From Octopus sinensis (taxonomy: Eukaryota), in contig NC_042997.1 in the NCBI RefSeq assembly GCF_006345805.1, forward strand, positions 145,638,001 to 145,702,000: 64,000 nucleotides of DNA. Direction: 5' to 3'. The notes under the pieces are model-generated. The model saw only the letters and a program-made list of their open reading frames with translations. It made no database searches and was not told the origin of the DNA. The position numbers and the translations under genes were made by a program. Shown here in pieces: positions 1-11,748 of this stretch; positions within the stretch are counted from its first letter, which is position 1, and every line of letters begins with the position of its first letter.

Positions 1-35
1 CAATATACAATATCTGCACACCACTTCAAACACGC

Positions 36-153
36 CATACATACATACATACATACATACATACATACATACATACATACATACATACATACATACATAC
101 ATACATACATGCATACATACATACATACATACATACATACATACATACATACA

Positions 154-182
<29 letters not shown>
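36..182. repeat. (TACA)n microsatellite
   Basis: Direct reading of a near-perfect tetranucleotide run. Confidence 0.97.
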
Positions 183-185
<3 letters not shown>

Positions 186-750
186 AATATATATGTTCGG
201 GCACCCTCATTGGTTCGGGTAGTGGATAGTTTTAGGTACAAGTCATCCGCCAGCTGGTGAATGGCTGTGTATCGAGAGAGTAAATGATAAGAGGTTTCCC
301 CAGCTGCAGGAGTGAAATGGCTGATTTCAATGATTAATAATACAGCAGGTCATGTAATAATATCTTACAGCAATTAAACAAACTCTAAGTTAAACCTGAT
401 ATTATATGGTGTCAAGTTTGGTGTATCTCGTTTAACGTAAGTCTATAAACCAGTGAGAGGTCTTCTAGATGATCGATCAAACGTAATCGACCATAGTCGA
501 TATAGATGTTGGAAATATTGGGATAGTTATTTAGAATACATTTGAACTCTATCTATTCAGCTGGAGTTGATCTAAGAGAATGATGAACTTGGTGCTGACT
601 TCAAGTGTGCATAGATATGCTCGTCTGGATCAGACTAGACCTGATCTAGGGTACACACAGTGAATTGGCACTCTTATTAACACATCAGATAGAGAGCGTT
701 GCAAACCATGTTCAAATCCCACCGAATTAGGATTTGCTTTTTCTCTTTCC

Positions 751-1105
751 AGGTCATTTCAGGATTCTGACCTGGTGAGACGCATTATATTTCTTATCTC
801 AGTGAAACAAGCTCGCTCTTCCCATGAATATCAGCTTATTTTTAGCTTAAAGCTTTTGTCACAATCTTTATACTCGCAGTCGTTCGCTCGAACTACATGA
901 AAAAGCAGCAAATTTATCTTCATATCACACTTTGACACCTTAAGAAATGCTTGGAGGGTGTGGTGTGAGAGTTACATAGTAATTCCGTAAAGAGATAGCA
1001 TGATAACGAAAGGAGTTGCTTTTCATTTTGCAATGACTTAAACAAAAAGACAAAAGCACAACTCGTTGGGAGTCCTAAATCGCTGGGATGAAAGGGTGAA
1101 GTTAT
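751..1105 (+). repeat. Duplicated segment, copy 1 (copy 2 at 6067-6380)
   Basis: AGGTCATTTCAGGATTCTGACCTGGTGAGACGCA...CCCATGAATATCAGCTTAT occurs at 751 and 6067; similarity decays over about 330 bp. Confidence 0.85.
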
Positions 1106-1600
1106 CTGAATATTGGAAAAGAGTTACCCGTATCATGATGATTCATGTTGGGTATCAAAATGCCGACATCATGATTGCTGCCGAATGCTTTGTGAACACT
1201 GTAAAAGCTGTAAGATACGACATGGTCAGTTGCGACAGAAACTACAAAACCGTGCAAATATGAAAGGGAAGAGGAGGCGTTCTGACTACGACCGTACGCC
1301 GGAATTCACCCCCATATCTTTGAACAAGACCTTAGCCTCAATTCAGACAGTTATGTGAGGTTTCTTGAGACGGTGTGGTCAAATCCTGCTTAGAGAAGGT
1401 TGCTAATGGAAAACCATCTGTGAAGCGGCCGGATTCGATACCCTGCCGTACCTCCGAAAAGTGTCAGAAGTAATAATTGTCGGAGAATTTCTACCACTTC
1501 ATCACCCCCCCATTTTCTGGCCTCCTAATTTCCCCAGTTATATAATTCCATAAATTACTATGTGTGGGGTATGGTTGAGAAAGAGACTAACCGGAGCAGT
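1105..1600 (+). mobile_element. Degraded, internally deleted Tc1/mariner transposase, DD37D (maT)-like
   Basis: Fragments RRSDYDRTPEF, YVRFLETV, KVANGKPSVKRPDSIPCRTSEKCQ, ENFYHF, PPNSP and YYVWGMVEKETN match the maT pattern RSD..RTPEF / GRPYVWQQDSAPCHTS / WPPNSPD.NPLDYYVWG; frameshifts and stops; no TIRs found. Confidence 0.65.
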
Positions 1601-1665
1601 CTTGAGGCCGTGGTGGAAGATGAGGGCAACTACTTTGAGTAAACTGTTATCTCTCAGCCATAATC

Positions 1666-2080
1666 TACTCTTACTCTTTTACTCTTTTACTTGTTTCAGT
1701 CATTTGACTGCAGCCATGCTGGAGCACTGTCTTTAGTCGAGCAAATCGACCCCAGGACCTATTCTTTTAAGCCTTGTACTTATTCTATCGGTTTCTTTTG
1801 CCGAACCGCTAAGTTACGGGGACGTAAACACACCAGCATCTGTTGTCAAGCGATGTTGGCAAGAGGACAAACACGGACACACAAACATACACATACACAC
1901 ATACACATAAATATATACATATATACGACAGGCTTCTTTCAGTTTCCGTCTACCAAATGCACTTACAAGGCTTTGGTCGAGGCTATAGTAAAAGACACTT
2001 GCCCAAGGTGCCACGCAGTGGGACTGAACCCGGAACCATGTGGCTGATAAGCAAGCTACTTACCACACAACCACTCCTGC
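1666..2080 (-). mobile_element. SINE-C (tRNA-like head, CORE-like CCTTGGGCAAGTGTCTT, internal microsatellite, AAGAGT tail)
   Basis: Minus strand reads GCAGGAGTGGTTGTGTGGTAAG...GGTTCAGTCC...GAAACTGAAAGAAGCC...ATGACTGAAACAAGTAAAAGAG; more than 8 copies in window. Confidence 0.85.
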
Positions 2081-2773
2081 GCGTATATCTAGTTGATTAT
2101 TTTATTATTTAAAATATTTTCATTTTTGGATGAGATATTGTTTTCTTTTCCTTTTATGTAAACTGTCAAATTTAGCCCAAACATTCTGTATATATTCATA
2201 TATATATATAGATATATATATATATGTATGTGTCTGTATGTGTGCGTGCGCGCGCGTGTGTGACTAGGTCAATAACAGATTAACATAGTCGAAAATAAAA
2301 CCAATGGAAAAGCCTATTTCTTTAAAAGGAATTTTATCTTTAATGAAAACTAATTCGCTGAAGAATTTTATCACACAATTAAAAATAAAAACAAGTTACA
2401 AATACAGTTTGGAATCTGAGTTTCCGATATTGTAAATGGTAAGAATAGCTTGAGTACATTTGACTCTTTTGTATTGGGTTATTTGTAAACTGTCATTTCA
2501 AATTATCATGGAAACAATTGCTTTTGGAACGAGTAACTTCATTAATATCAAGTGAAATGTTCATTTTATGTTGCGTTTCACCAATTATATTCTACTCAAT
2601 ATCTGAAAAAAAAAATGCTATACTTATTCTTAATCTACATCATTTGCATATTTAATTAGCCAATCGATTTTGCATAAACCTAATGTTAAAAGGTTACTTA
2701 CTTTGAAAATATATGCAATTGACCGAATTATATACAACTATTTTGTAAGCAATAAAGCGAAATGGAGTATATA

Positions 2774-2978
2774 TATTTCTTTATTGCCCACAGCGGGCTA
2801 AACATAGAGGGGATAAACAAGGACAGACAAAGGGATTAAGTCGATTACATCGACTCCAGTGCGAAACTGGTACTTAATTTATCGACCCCGAAAGGATGAA
2901 AGGCAAAGTCGACCTCGGCGGAATTTGAACTCAGAACGTAACGGCAGACGAAATACGTCTACGCATTTCGCCCGGGCG
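2774..2978 (-). mobile_element. SINE-A (tRNA-like head, central GCCGAGGTCGACTTTGCCTTTCATCCTTTCGGGGTCGAT domain), 5'-truncated
   Basis: B-box-like GAGTTCAAATTCC plus central domain shared by more than 12 copies in window. Confidence 0.85.
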
Positions 2979-3169
2979 ATCGACTGGAAGATTGGTAGAA
3001 CGTCTGATAGAGTGCGTTGCAGTTTTTCTAGTTACGATCCGATTTTGTACCTTGTCGAAATCATCTTTGACACTACAGTAAAGAACCAGGCCGTCATCAT
3101 GTTATCAATTTTGCACTTCACTCCAAACAAATTGTGCCCTTCTGCAAATGCTAGACGTAAATATTCCCC

Positions 3170-3200
<31 letters not shown>

Positions 3201-3662
3201 ACACACACACACACACACACACACATACACACACACACTCCAATCACGCACGCACACACGACAGATTCCATAGAATTTCCGCCTACGAGATTCCCTCACA
3301 AAGCAGTAGTGCCGCACTGTGCCGCAGAGTGCCGCACTATGAGTCTGAACCGGCGGTCACTAGATGCTAAGGCGAACTTCTTAAACACAAAACCATTGGA
3401 GTGCCTTGTACTTCAGATTGAAATTTATCTTTGGTTCTTATTGGAACAGTAAATGACCTTCCAAAATTTTGCTACAAGCGAAGTGGCTGTTCAACCTAAC
3501 AGAAATAGTAACCGAATCTTCATTGCACTCTAAAGCGATCTCTGACCAACGAGTTTTTTTTCTTAAAAGTAAGGTATGGTTGGAGAGAAATTTAGTTGTT
3601 ATTATTAACAGATTGATGACCACGTACATGCTCTAGGTTCGTGCAAAGCAACTAAAGCAATA

Positions 3663-3831
3663 GGCAAAGGTGTGGGTGTATGGGATGATGTTTGCTTTCC
3701 TACCACATGATTCCCAGGTCAGTCCCACTGCGTCGTACTTTGGGCGAGCGTCCTCTACAATAGCCACGGGCAGACCAAGCCTTCTGAGTAGATTTAGTAG
3801 ACGAAACCTAAAAGAAGTCCGTCATATATAT

Positions 3832-3863
<32 letters not shown>

Positions 3864-3904
3864 ATATATATAATATATAAGTATATATTATTATATATAT
3901 ATAA

Positions 3905-3937
<33 letters not shown>

Positions 3938-4046
3938 TGTATGTATGTATGTATTATGTATGTATGTATGTATGTATATGAGTGTATGTCTTCGCATCTG
4001 TATTTGTCTTCCATAAACATTGGACGGAGACTGAAAGAAGCTCGTC

Positions 4047-4094
<48 letters not shown>

Positions 4095-4265
4095 TGATGC
4101 ACCAACATCGGTTGTCAAGCGAAATGCAGGGTGGGACAAACACACCACACACACACACCACATATAAAATATATACATACATATATATTAATTATTTTCA
4201 ATAAATATTTTATTAATTACCTCTCTATTTTCTCATTATATATATATAAAGAAGCTCGTCGTATA

Positions 4266-4300
<35 letters not shown>

Positions 4301-4400
4301 CGACGAGCTTCTTTATATATATATATAATGAGAAAATAGAGAGGTAATTAATAAAATATTTATTGAAAATAATTAATATATATGTATGTATATATGTATA

Positions 4401-4438
<38 letters not shown>

Positions 4439-4640
4439 TCCCTCCCTGCATTCGCTTGACAACCGATCTTGGTGAGTTTATGTACCCGTAACTCCACCTC
4501 GGCAAAAGAGACTGATAGAATAAGTATAAGGCTTACAAAGAAGAAATCCTGGGGTTGATTTCTCCGATTAAAACACTTTATGACGGTGCTCCAGCATGGA
4601 CGCAGTCAAAATGACTGAAACGTGTCAAAGAATTAAAGAA
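3663..4640 (+). mobile_element. SINE-C with expanded, rearranged microsatellite core containing a fold-back palindrome
   Basis: Head near 3663, tail CAGTCAAAATGACTGAAAC near 4620, inverted duplication 4100-4474. Confidence 0.75.
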
Positions 4641-5473
4641 TATAAGATAGGCGATACATTGGACTGAAGCGTTTTTGATTTATTTTCTGTAATAGTGATT
4701 AACACCGTAACAAATCACAACTTTTTAACCCAATCCTGCGTCCTCTACATTGCTGTACTTCTTCAAATCACAACTTAACTTCTTAAATAGAGAACATAGG
4801 GGATTATTTGGTTTTGGATACATTGCGTATGAAAAAAAGGACAAGATGCCCTCGGCTGAAATTCACTTGATCGTAACTACTACTCTTGCGTAACCATGGT
4901 TACTAATGAGCAGAGGCTATCAATTACCTACGGTTTCATCATTAGTTAGCTATGATTGATTGTCCGATAATTACTTTGTATATTCCGTATCAACTGTTAA
5001 TTATTATCTACTGCTAGTCATTATTAATGGTTATTCATTAGCAAGACATACTTAGTAGGTATAGCTACACAGGAATTTTAGTCACTTAGTCATTTAATAG
5101 CTAACTACTGAATATTAGTGACTACGGATATTCAGACACTACGCCTACTTACTTACAAATACTAATACACACCTTAGAATATGACTCAATAAACAATATA
5201 TTATAGCCCCGGGCAGGTCAATGCCTTGTGAATGAGTGTGGTCGACGAAAACTGCATGGAAGCCCGTCATTCCATGCAGCGGGGTGACTTTATTCGAAGG
5301 CTAACATTATGCAAAGTGCATCGTGACCAGCGATGTGTTTACAACATTTAATAGCCTGATGAGTTACAGCGTGATCACATATATATATATGCATACATAC
5401 ATATATATGTTTGTATATATATTTTTCTGTGTGTATGTGTATACACTTATATAGGTACATATGTATATACATA

Positions 5474-5630
5474 CGGAGGGGGAGGTGCTGAAAAGTTCCT
5501 GGCTTTAAGGGTTTAGCGAATGGCTTGGCTGGAGGTCCAAACTTCCGAGATTATATACAGGGCTCAGAAAAACTGAAGGACTGTAGTCTGTAGTGTGCGA
5601 ACCTGAGCGGGGATTATCTTGAATAAAATT
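5474..5630 (+). mobile_element. Miniature mariner deletion derivative (left TIR joined to transposase C-terminus)
   Basis: TA followed by CGGAGGGGGAGGTGCTGAAAAGTTCCTGGCTTT (mariner-type TIR); TGTGCGAACCTGAGCGGGGATTATCTTGAATAA = CANLSGDYLE*, resembling mariner KCVEL.GDYVE. Confidence 0.55.
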
Positions 5631-5779
5631 ATCGACCCCAGTGCGTAACTGGTACTTAATTTATCGGCCCCGAAAGGATGAAAGGCAAAGTCGACCTCGG
5701 CGGAATTTGAACTCAGAACGTAACGGCAGACGTAATACGGCTACGCATTTCGCCCGGTGTGCTAACGTTTCTGCCAGCG
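5631..5779 (-). mobile_element. SINE-A, 3'-truncated
   Basis: Family head and central domain. Confidence 0.85.
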
Positions 5780-6066
5780 TTTCGTAAAAAATCGGATTAA
5801 GCCTTTTGGCAGCTTGGCTGATTTGAGCAAATTGGTGGGAGGTAAAATAAATAAATATATATATAGGTCAATAATTATTTTAAAAAAATTGTTAGCTGTA
5901 AGCATTCAGTAAACACGCATTTAATAGGTACATATATCCATTAGCTACATTTTAATAATTAACTATTAACGACACATACTCACGAGTTTCGATTAAGTAA
6001 TCAATCTGTCAGGTTACATTGCTCTCGAATGGCGTTCTAAGAAATAGTATCAGTTTTCAAACATGA

Positions 6067-6380
6067 GGTCATTTCAGGATTCTGACCTGGTGAGACGCAT
6101 CAGATTTCTTATCTCAGTGAAACAAGCCCACTCTTCCCATGAATATCAGCTTATGTTTAGTTTAAAGCTTTAGCCACAATCTTTACTCTCGCGGCTGGTC
6201 GTTCGAACTGCTAGAAACAGCAGCCAATGTTTCTTCATTACACACTTTGTCATCTTAAGCCAGTAAAGAGGCCGTGTGGTAACGACTGGTGTTCATATTC
6301 TGCAATGGCTTAAACAGTAGAAAAGCAAAACCCCTCTGAGAATCCTTAACTGCTGAGATAAAAGGAAGAAGTTACCTTTA
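6067..6380 (+). repeat. Duplicated segment, copy 2 (of 751-1105)
   Basis: Direct alignment by eye; first ~120 bp highly similar. Confidence 0.85.
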
Positions 6381-7229
6381 AGCTAATATCGTGTGTTCAA
6401 AGCTAGCAACATAATAGATCCCTGCAAATGTAACCTAAGGGTCAGTTTATGGCCTTTAGGTTCATTTAAACTAGCTAATGTATTGCATCTATTATCCAAG
6501 ACCAGGGACAATTTCTTCAACGAGCTTCCACATCACTTCCGTCTACTCAGACGGCTCTGATCAACCCAACACTAATAGAATAAACTACCTTCTAATAAAC
6601 AATCACACTGCTGGGCAGTGAGATTCAACAGAAACTGACGTAGTTGCCTAGTGAACTTACTACTCACACAGTATGTCTGCAATTGTTGGTCCTCATATTA
6701 ATCATCGCTCATTTCGATCAACATTGACTTCAGATTAAAAACAATATGTGTACGTAGTAACGAGTCAACAAATGAAGCGGCCCGTTAGAAACAGCAGCTA
6801 AATCACCCTCAAATAACACTCTACAGTCTTGAGAAAAGAAAGAACTCAAAGGGATTATAAACTGCAGTTCTATATATGCTATGTCTGGAAAACAAAAGTT
6901 GGCCAGATTGTCAAGGCATGCATGCCTTTGATCATAAGTCTGATTGGGCAGGGCTAACCTGTGGCTAATCACAAATTGTCTCTGATCACTTTAAACCAAC
7001 AAGATAAAAAAAGCCCTGACGGTTATATGCTTTATCGTTACATATTACTAACCCAACGTGGAAGCTTCCACACAGAGCCGCTCGACTTGCTACAAAAGGC
7101 AGTAGAATTTTTCTTAAATCATACATCAACATCTAAAGAGAGAAAACATAAGAAAAGAAAGAAAAATCAACTACGGCAGGCTCACACCAATTGTCTGCTG
7201 GATCGAGGCCGACCAGGAATTTAAATACC

Positions 7230-7340
7230 ACCACAATCACAACCATGACGACGACGACGACCACAACCACCACCACCATCACCACCATCACCACCACCAC
7301 CACCACCATCACCAACAACAACAACAACAACAACAACAAC
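7230..7340. repeat. Compound (ACG/ACC/AAC)n trinucleotide microsatellite
   Basis: Direct reading. Confidence 0.95.
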
Positions 7341-7720
7341 TGGCACGTTAGGATCAATAGGGAGCTTCTACGCCATCGCATGATCTGTTTGACATAGCAA
7401 TCAGACATTTCTCAAATCCTATTCTCAAGTCTTAAAATAAAGTTTAGAAAAATACATTGGGTAATATAATTCCGAAAACGAACGGATGGTCACAACTGGA
7501 ACGCTATATGGGTGACTTAGGATTAAACAACAACAAGACCACTATACACCAGAGGTTACTAGGTTCAATTCAGCAACTGGGATGCATTATTCAAACTTTA
7601 ATGGGCGTCATAACTTCAAAACAATAAGTTAAATTTGTGATGAAGTTATCTTGGATTCGACTCGGCTGCACGAATCGAACGCAATAGCCTTGGATCGATA
7701 CAATATATATATAAAAAAAA

Positions 7721-7976
7721 TAATAAATGCGCCCTTTTAAAGCCTAGCCAGGCTCGTGGGCCTGGTTTCCCCTTTCAATGCGCGTATGTGTCCCCGCTGG
7801 ACGGGACGCCAGTCCATCGCAGCGTTACTCATTTTTTGCCAGCTGAGTGGACTGGAGCAACGTGAAATGAAGTCTTTGCTGCTCAAGAACACAATGCGTC
7901 GCTCGGTCCAGGAATCGAAACCACAATCTTACGATCATGATGCTGACACCCTAACCACTAAGCGACGCGCCTAAAC
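7721..7976 (-). mobile_element. SINE-B (tRNA head, CORE-like domain), full length with 15-bp TSD
   Basis: A/B-box-like TAGTGG and GGTTTCGATTCC; CORE-like TCTTGAGCA..ACTTCATTTCACGTTGCTCCAGTCCACTCAGCTGGCAAAA; TSD ATCGATACAATATAT at 7694-7708 and 7977-7991. Confidence 0.9.
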
Positions 7977-8185
7977 ATCGATACAATATATGTAAATAAA
8001 ATTCCCTTTCATGAAAACTGTGCGCTGGATAGCGCTTTTTGGATGGAAAAATATATATGTACCCGTGGTAACGACTTCAATCTAATCCTGCCATTCCAGT
8101 TATATCCCGTGATCGGAAATCGATTTTACACTCACCTCACAACCGGGGTTACCTGAACCTGGATTTATATACCTTTGCGCTCGCG

Positions 8186-8500
8186 TACTGCTGCTGCTGC
8201 TGCTTACTACATTCACTGCGATCATCATCTTGGTTACTACTACTACTACTATACTACTACTTGGGTAGTAGTGGTAGTAGTAGTAGTAGTAGTAGTAGCA
8301 GTAGTAGTAGTAGTAGTAGCAGCAGCAGCAGTAGTAGTGGTGGTGGTGGTGAAGGTGGTCGTTTTGTTCGTGAAGGTGATAATGGTGATTGTTGTAGTAA
8401 TAGCAGCAGCAGCAGCAGCAGCAGCAGTAGCAGTAGTAGTAGTAGTAGTAGGAGGAGGAGGAGGAGGAGGAGGAGCAGCAGCAGCAGCAGCAGCTGCTGC
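8186..8500. repeat. Compound (TAC/GTA/GCA/GGA)n trinucleotide block (repeated at about 9258-9570)
   Basis: Direct reading. Confidence 0.95.
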
Positions 8501-8636
8501 GTGTTACGATGAACAAGTATCTTCAATTATATTCCAGGGCAACACACTGTTAGACGGAAACTGTGTGGAAGCAAGTCGCATATATGTGTGCGTGTGCGTC
8601 TGTGTTTTGTTTGTCCTTACCTCCTTGTTTGACAAT

Positions 8637-8736
8637 NNNNNNNNNNNNNNNNNNNNNNNNNNNNNNNNNNNNNNNNNNNNNNNNNNNNNNNNNNNNNNNN
8701 NNNNNNNNNNNNNNNNNNNNNNNNNNNNNNNNNNNN
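8637..8736. other. Assembly gap (100 N)
   Basis: Exactly 100 N, a typical fixed-size scaffolding gap. Confidence 0.99.
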
Positions 8737-9713
8737 GCTGCACGAATCGAACGCAATAGCCTTGGATCGATACAATATATATATAAAAAAAATAATAAAT
8801 GCGCCCTTTTAAAGCCTAGCCAGGCTCGTGGGCCTGGTTTCCCCATTTCAATGGCGTATGTGTTCCCCAGCTGGACGGGACGCCAGTCCATCGCAGCGTT
8901 ACTCATTTTTGCCAGCTGAGTGGACTGGAGCAACGTGAAATGAAGTCTTTTGCTCAAGAACACAATGCGTCGCTCGGTCCAGGAATCGAAACCACAATCT
9001 TACGATCATGATGCTGACACCCTAACCACTAAGCGACGCGCCTAAACATCGATACAATATATGTAAATAAAATTCCCTTTCATGAAAACTGTGCGCTGGA
9101 TAGCGCTTTTTGGATGGAAAAATATATATGTACCCAGTGTAACGACTTCAATCTAATCCTGCCATTTCAAGTTATATCCCGGTGATCGGAAATCGATTTT
9201 ACACTCACCTCACAAACCGGGGTTACCTGAACCTGGATTTATATACCTTTGCGCTCGCTACTGCTGCTGCTGCTGCTACTACATTCACTGCGATCATCAT
9301 CTTGGGTACTACTACTACTACTACTACTACTACTTGGGTAGTAGTGGTAGTAGTAGTAGTAGTAGTAGTAGCAGTAGTAGTAGTAGTAGTAGCAGCAGCA
9401 GCAGTAGTAGTGGTGGTGGTGGGTGAGGTGGTCGTTTTGTTCGTGAGGTGATAATGGTGATTGTTGTAGTAATAGCAGCAGCAGCAGCAGCCAGCAGCAG
9501 TAGCGTAGTAGTAGTAGTAGTAGGGAGAGGAGGGAGAGGATAGGAAGCAGCAGCAGCAGCAGCAGCTGCTGCGTGTTACGATGAACAAGTATCTTCAATT
9601 ATATTCCAGGGCAACACAACTGTTAGACGGAAACTGTGTGGAAGCAAGTCGCATATATGTGTGCGTGTGCGTCTTTGTGTTTTTGTTTGTCCTTACCTCC
9701 ATTGTTTGACAAT
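8737..9713 (+). repeat. Second copy of 7665-8636 (contig-end overlap across gap), including a second SINE-B copy at about 8793-9047
   Basis: Both copies start GCTGCACGAATCGAACGC and end TTGTTTGACAAT; differences are mostly 1-bp indels and repeat length. Confidence 0.93.
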
Positions 9714-9895
9714 CGGTATTTGTTTGTCTACATCTGCTTATGTATCCGTAACTTAGCGGTTCAGCAAAAGACACCGACAGCCTAAGTAAACAGACTTAAA
9801 AATATGTACTGGAGTCGAATTTATTCGACTTCAACCATTCAAGGCGTTGCCACAGCATGACCGCAGTCCAATGACTGTAACAAGTAAAAGATGAA
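9600..9895 (+). mobile_element. SINE-C, older partial copy
   Basis: GACGGAAACTG...TTTGTCC...CGTAACTTAGCGGTTCAGCAAAAG...CAGTCCAATGACTGTAACAAGTAAAAG. Confidence 0.7.
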
Positions 9896-10009
9896 AGAAA
9901 TGTCTACGAAATACCTCATATGGATGAATCGTGGGCCCGTCATAAACGATGTGATCAGCGAACATCATGTATTTCGGGTCTGTCGAACACCAAACATACT
10001 CGACGAAGG

Positions 10010-10161
10010 TAAAGAATACGCACACTCCCTGTTTAGGGTTAGGGTTAGCGTTTAGGGTTAGCGTTTAAGGTTTAGGGTTAGGGTTAGAGTTTTGGGTTAG
10101 GGCTAGGGTTTAGCGTTAGGGTTAGGGTTACGCCGAAAACGGGTGATGTGCGTATTCTTTA
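10010..10161. mobile_element. Candidate MITE enclosing a degenerate (TTAGGG)n array
   Basis: Perfect 15-bp inverted repeats TAAAGAATACGCACA (10010-10024) and TGTGCGTATTCTTTA (10147-10161); TTAGGG/TTTAGGG/TTAGCG array 10033-10130. Confidence 0.65.
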
Positions 10162-10593
10162 GCTCCACCACACGCTCACCTTAGTAACCCATCTGAGGTT
10201 GATTAGACCCCGGTTTGTGTCCTATGCCTTTAAACGCCAAACCATCCTGTGGCTTTCTCTGTAGCTTCATTTACAGACTAAATGGCCTTCAATCAACATC
10301 TCATAGTTGAAGTTCCATGTGTATTACACCTGGTCGTTATCGTTCCTGCTTAACACCAGGTAAGCCTTCCTTGCGCATTCCTAGGGGAAAAGTCGTTTAA
10401 AGTATGACTAGCAAAATCCTTTAATGTAATAATGCTATTTTTTTTTTCTGATGTCACCTTACCTCATTAATGTTTTGTTTTTAAAGACAGTACTGTACTC
10501 GATGTTCCGAAGGTGGTTTACCTGCCTTTTCTCCTTAGTCGAACAAAACCGAAGGATCGACAGCCTAATATACGAATGTTTAATTACATGTAC

Positions 10594-10966
10594 GGCGGCG
10601 AGCTGGCAGAAACGTAAGCACGCCGGGCGAAATGCGTAACCGTATTTCGTCTGCCGTTACGTTCTGAGTTCAAACTCCGCCGAGGTCGACTTTGCCTTTC
10701 ATCCTTTCTGGGTCGATTAAATAAGTACCAGTTACGCACTGGGATCCATATAATCGACTTCATTCATTTGTCTGTCCTTGTTTGTCTCTTCTGTGTTTAG
10801 TCCCTTGTGGGTAGTAAAGAAATAGGTATTTCGTCTGTCTTTACGTTCTGAGTTGAAATTCCGCCGAGGTTGACTTTGCCTTTCATCCTTTCGGGGTTGA
10901 TAAATTAAGTACCAGTAACGTACTGGAGTCGATGTAATCGACTGGCCTCTTTCCCACAAAATGTTT
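10594..10966 (+). mobile_element. SINE-A dimer (head + unit + head-less unit with alternative tail)
   Basis: GGCGGCGAGCTGGCAGAAAC head; second unit restarts at GGTATTTCGTCTG. Confidence 0.85.
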
Positions 10967-11099
10967 AATTTCATGTAAATACATGTACATCAATACATGT
11001 ACGTCAGTATATGTACTTACTAATATATATATATAACAGATACGTAGGTACATGCAGGCAAGCAGACGCACACACGCAAGCATACAAACATACACATAC

Positions 11100-11509
11100 A
11101 CACGCTAACATACATACATACATACATACATACATACATACATACATACATACATACATACATACATACATACATACATAAATATATACATTCGTCTATA
11201 TATTTATAAATACTGAGAGAGAAACGTATAAATTAGTCCAACTTCCGTTTCTAATTGGGTTTTTCAACTGTAACAAACCCTCGACTTAAACATCAGTGAC
11301 AACTTTCCCCTATTTATCCTACCATATTAAAAAAACAGATTTTTTAATGATTTGAAAGAGAATTGATGCTATTTCTAACAGGTCGATTGACTGCGCAGAT
11401 GTTGTCTCACTGGCTATCACTAAGTAATATACAGATGTATGTATGTATGTATGTATGTATGTATGTATGTATGTATGTATGTACGTACGTATGTATGTAT
11501 GTATCTATA

Positions 11510-11550
<41 letters not shown>

Positions 11551-11600
11551 ATCTGTCTGTCTGTCTGTCTGTCTGTCTGCCTGCCTGCCTGTCTGTCTGC

Positions 11601-11635
<35 letters not shown>

Positions 11636-11636
11636 C

Positions 11637-11668
<32 letters not shown>

Positions 11669-11683
11669 TTATCTATCTATCTA

Positions 11684-11748
<65 letters not shown>

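Noticed and set aside
753-774. Apparent micro-exon TTTCCAG|GTCATTTCAGGATTCTGACCTG|GTGAGA
   Set aside because: The pyrimidine tract derives from a decayed SINE-A and is absent from the second copy at 6067
10033-10130. True telomere or chromosome-fusion site
   Set aside because: Short, degenerate, single orientation, internal, and enclosed by inverted repeats
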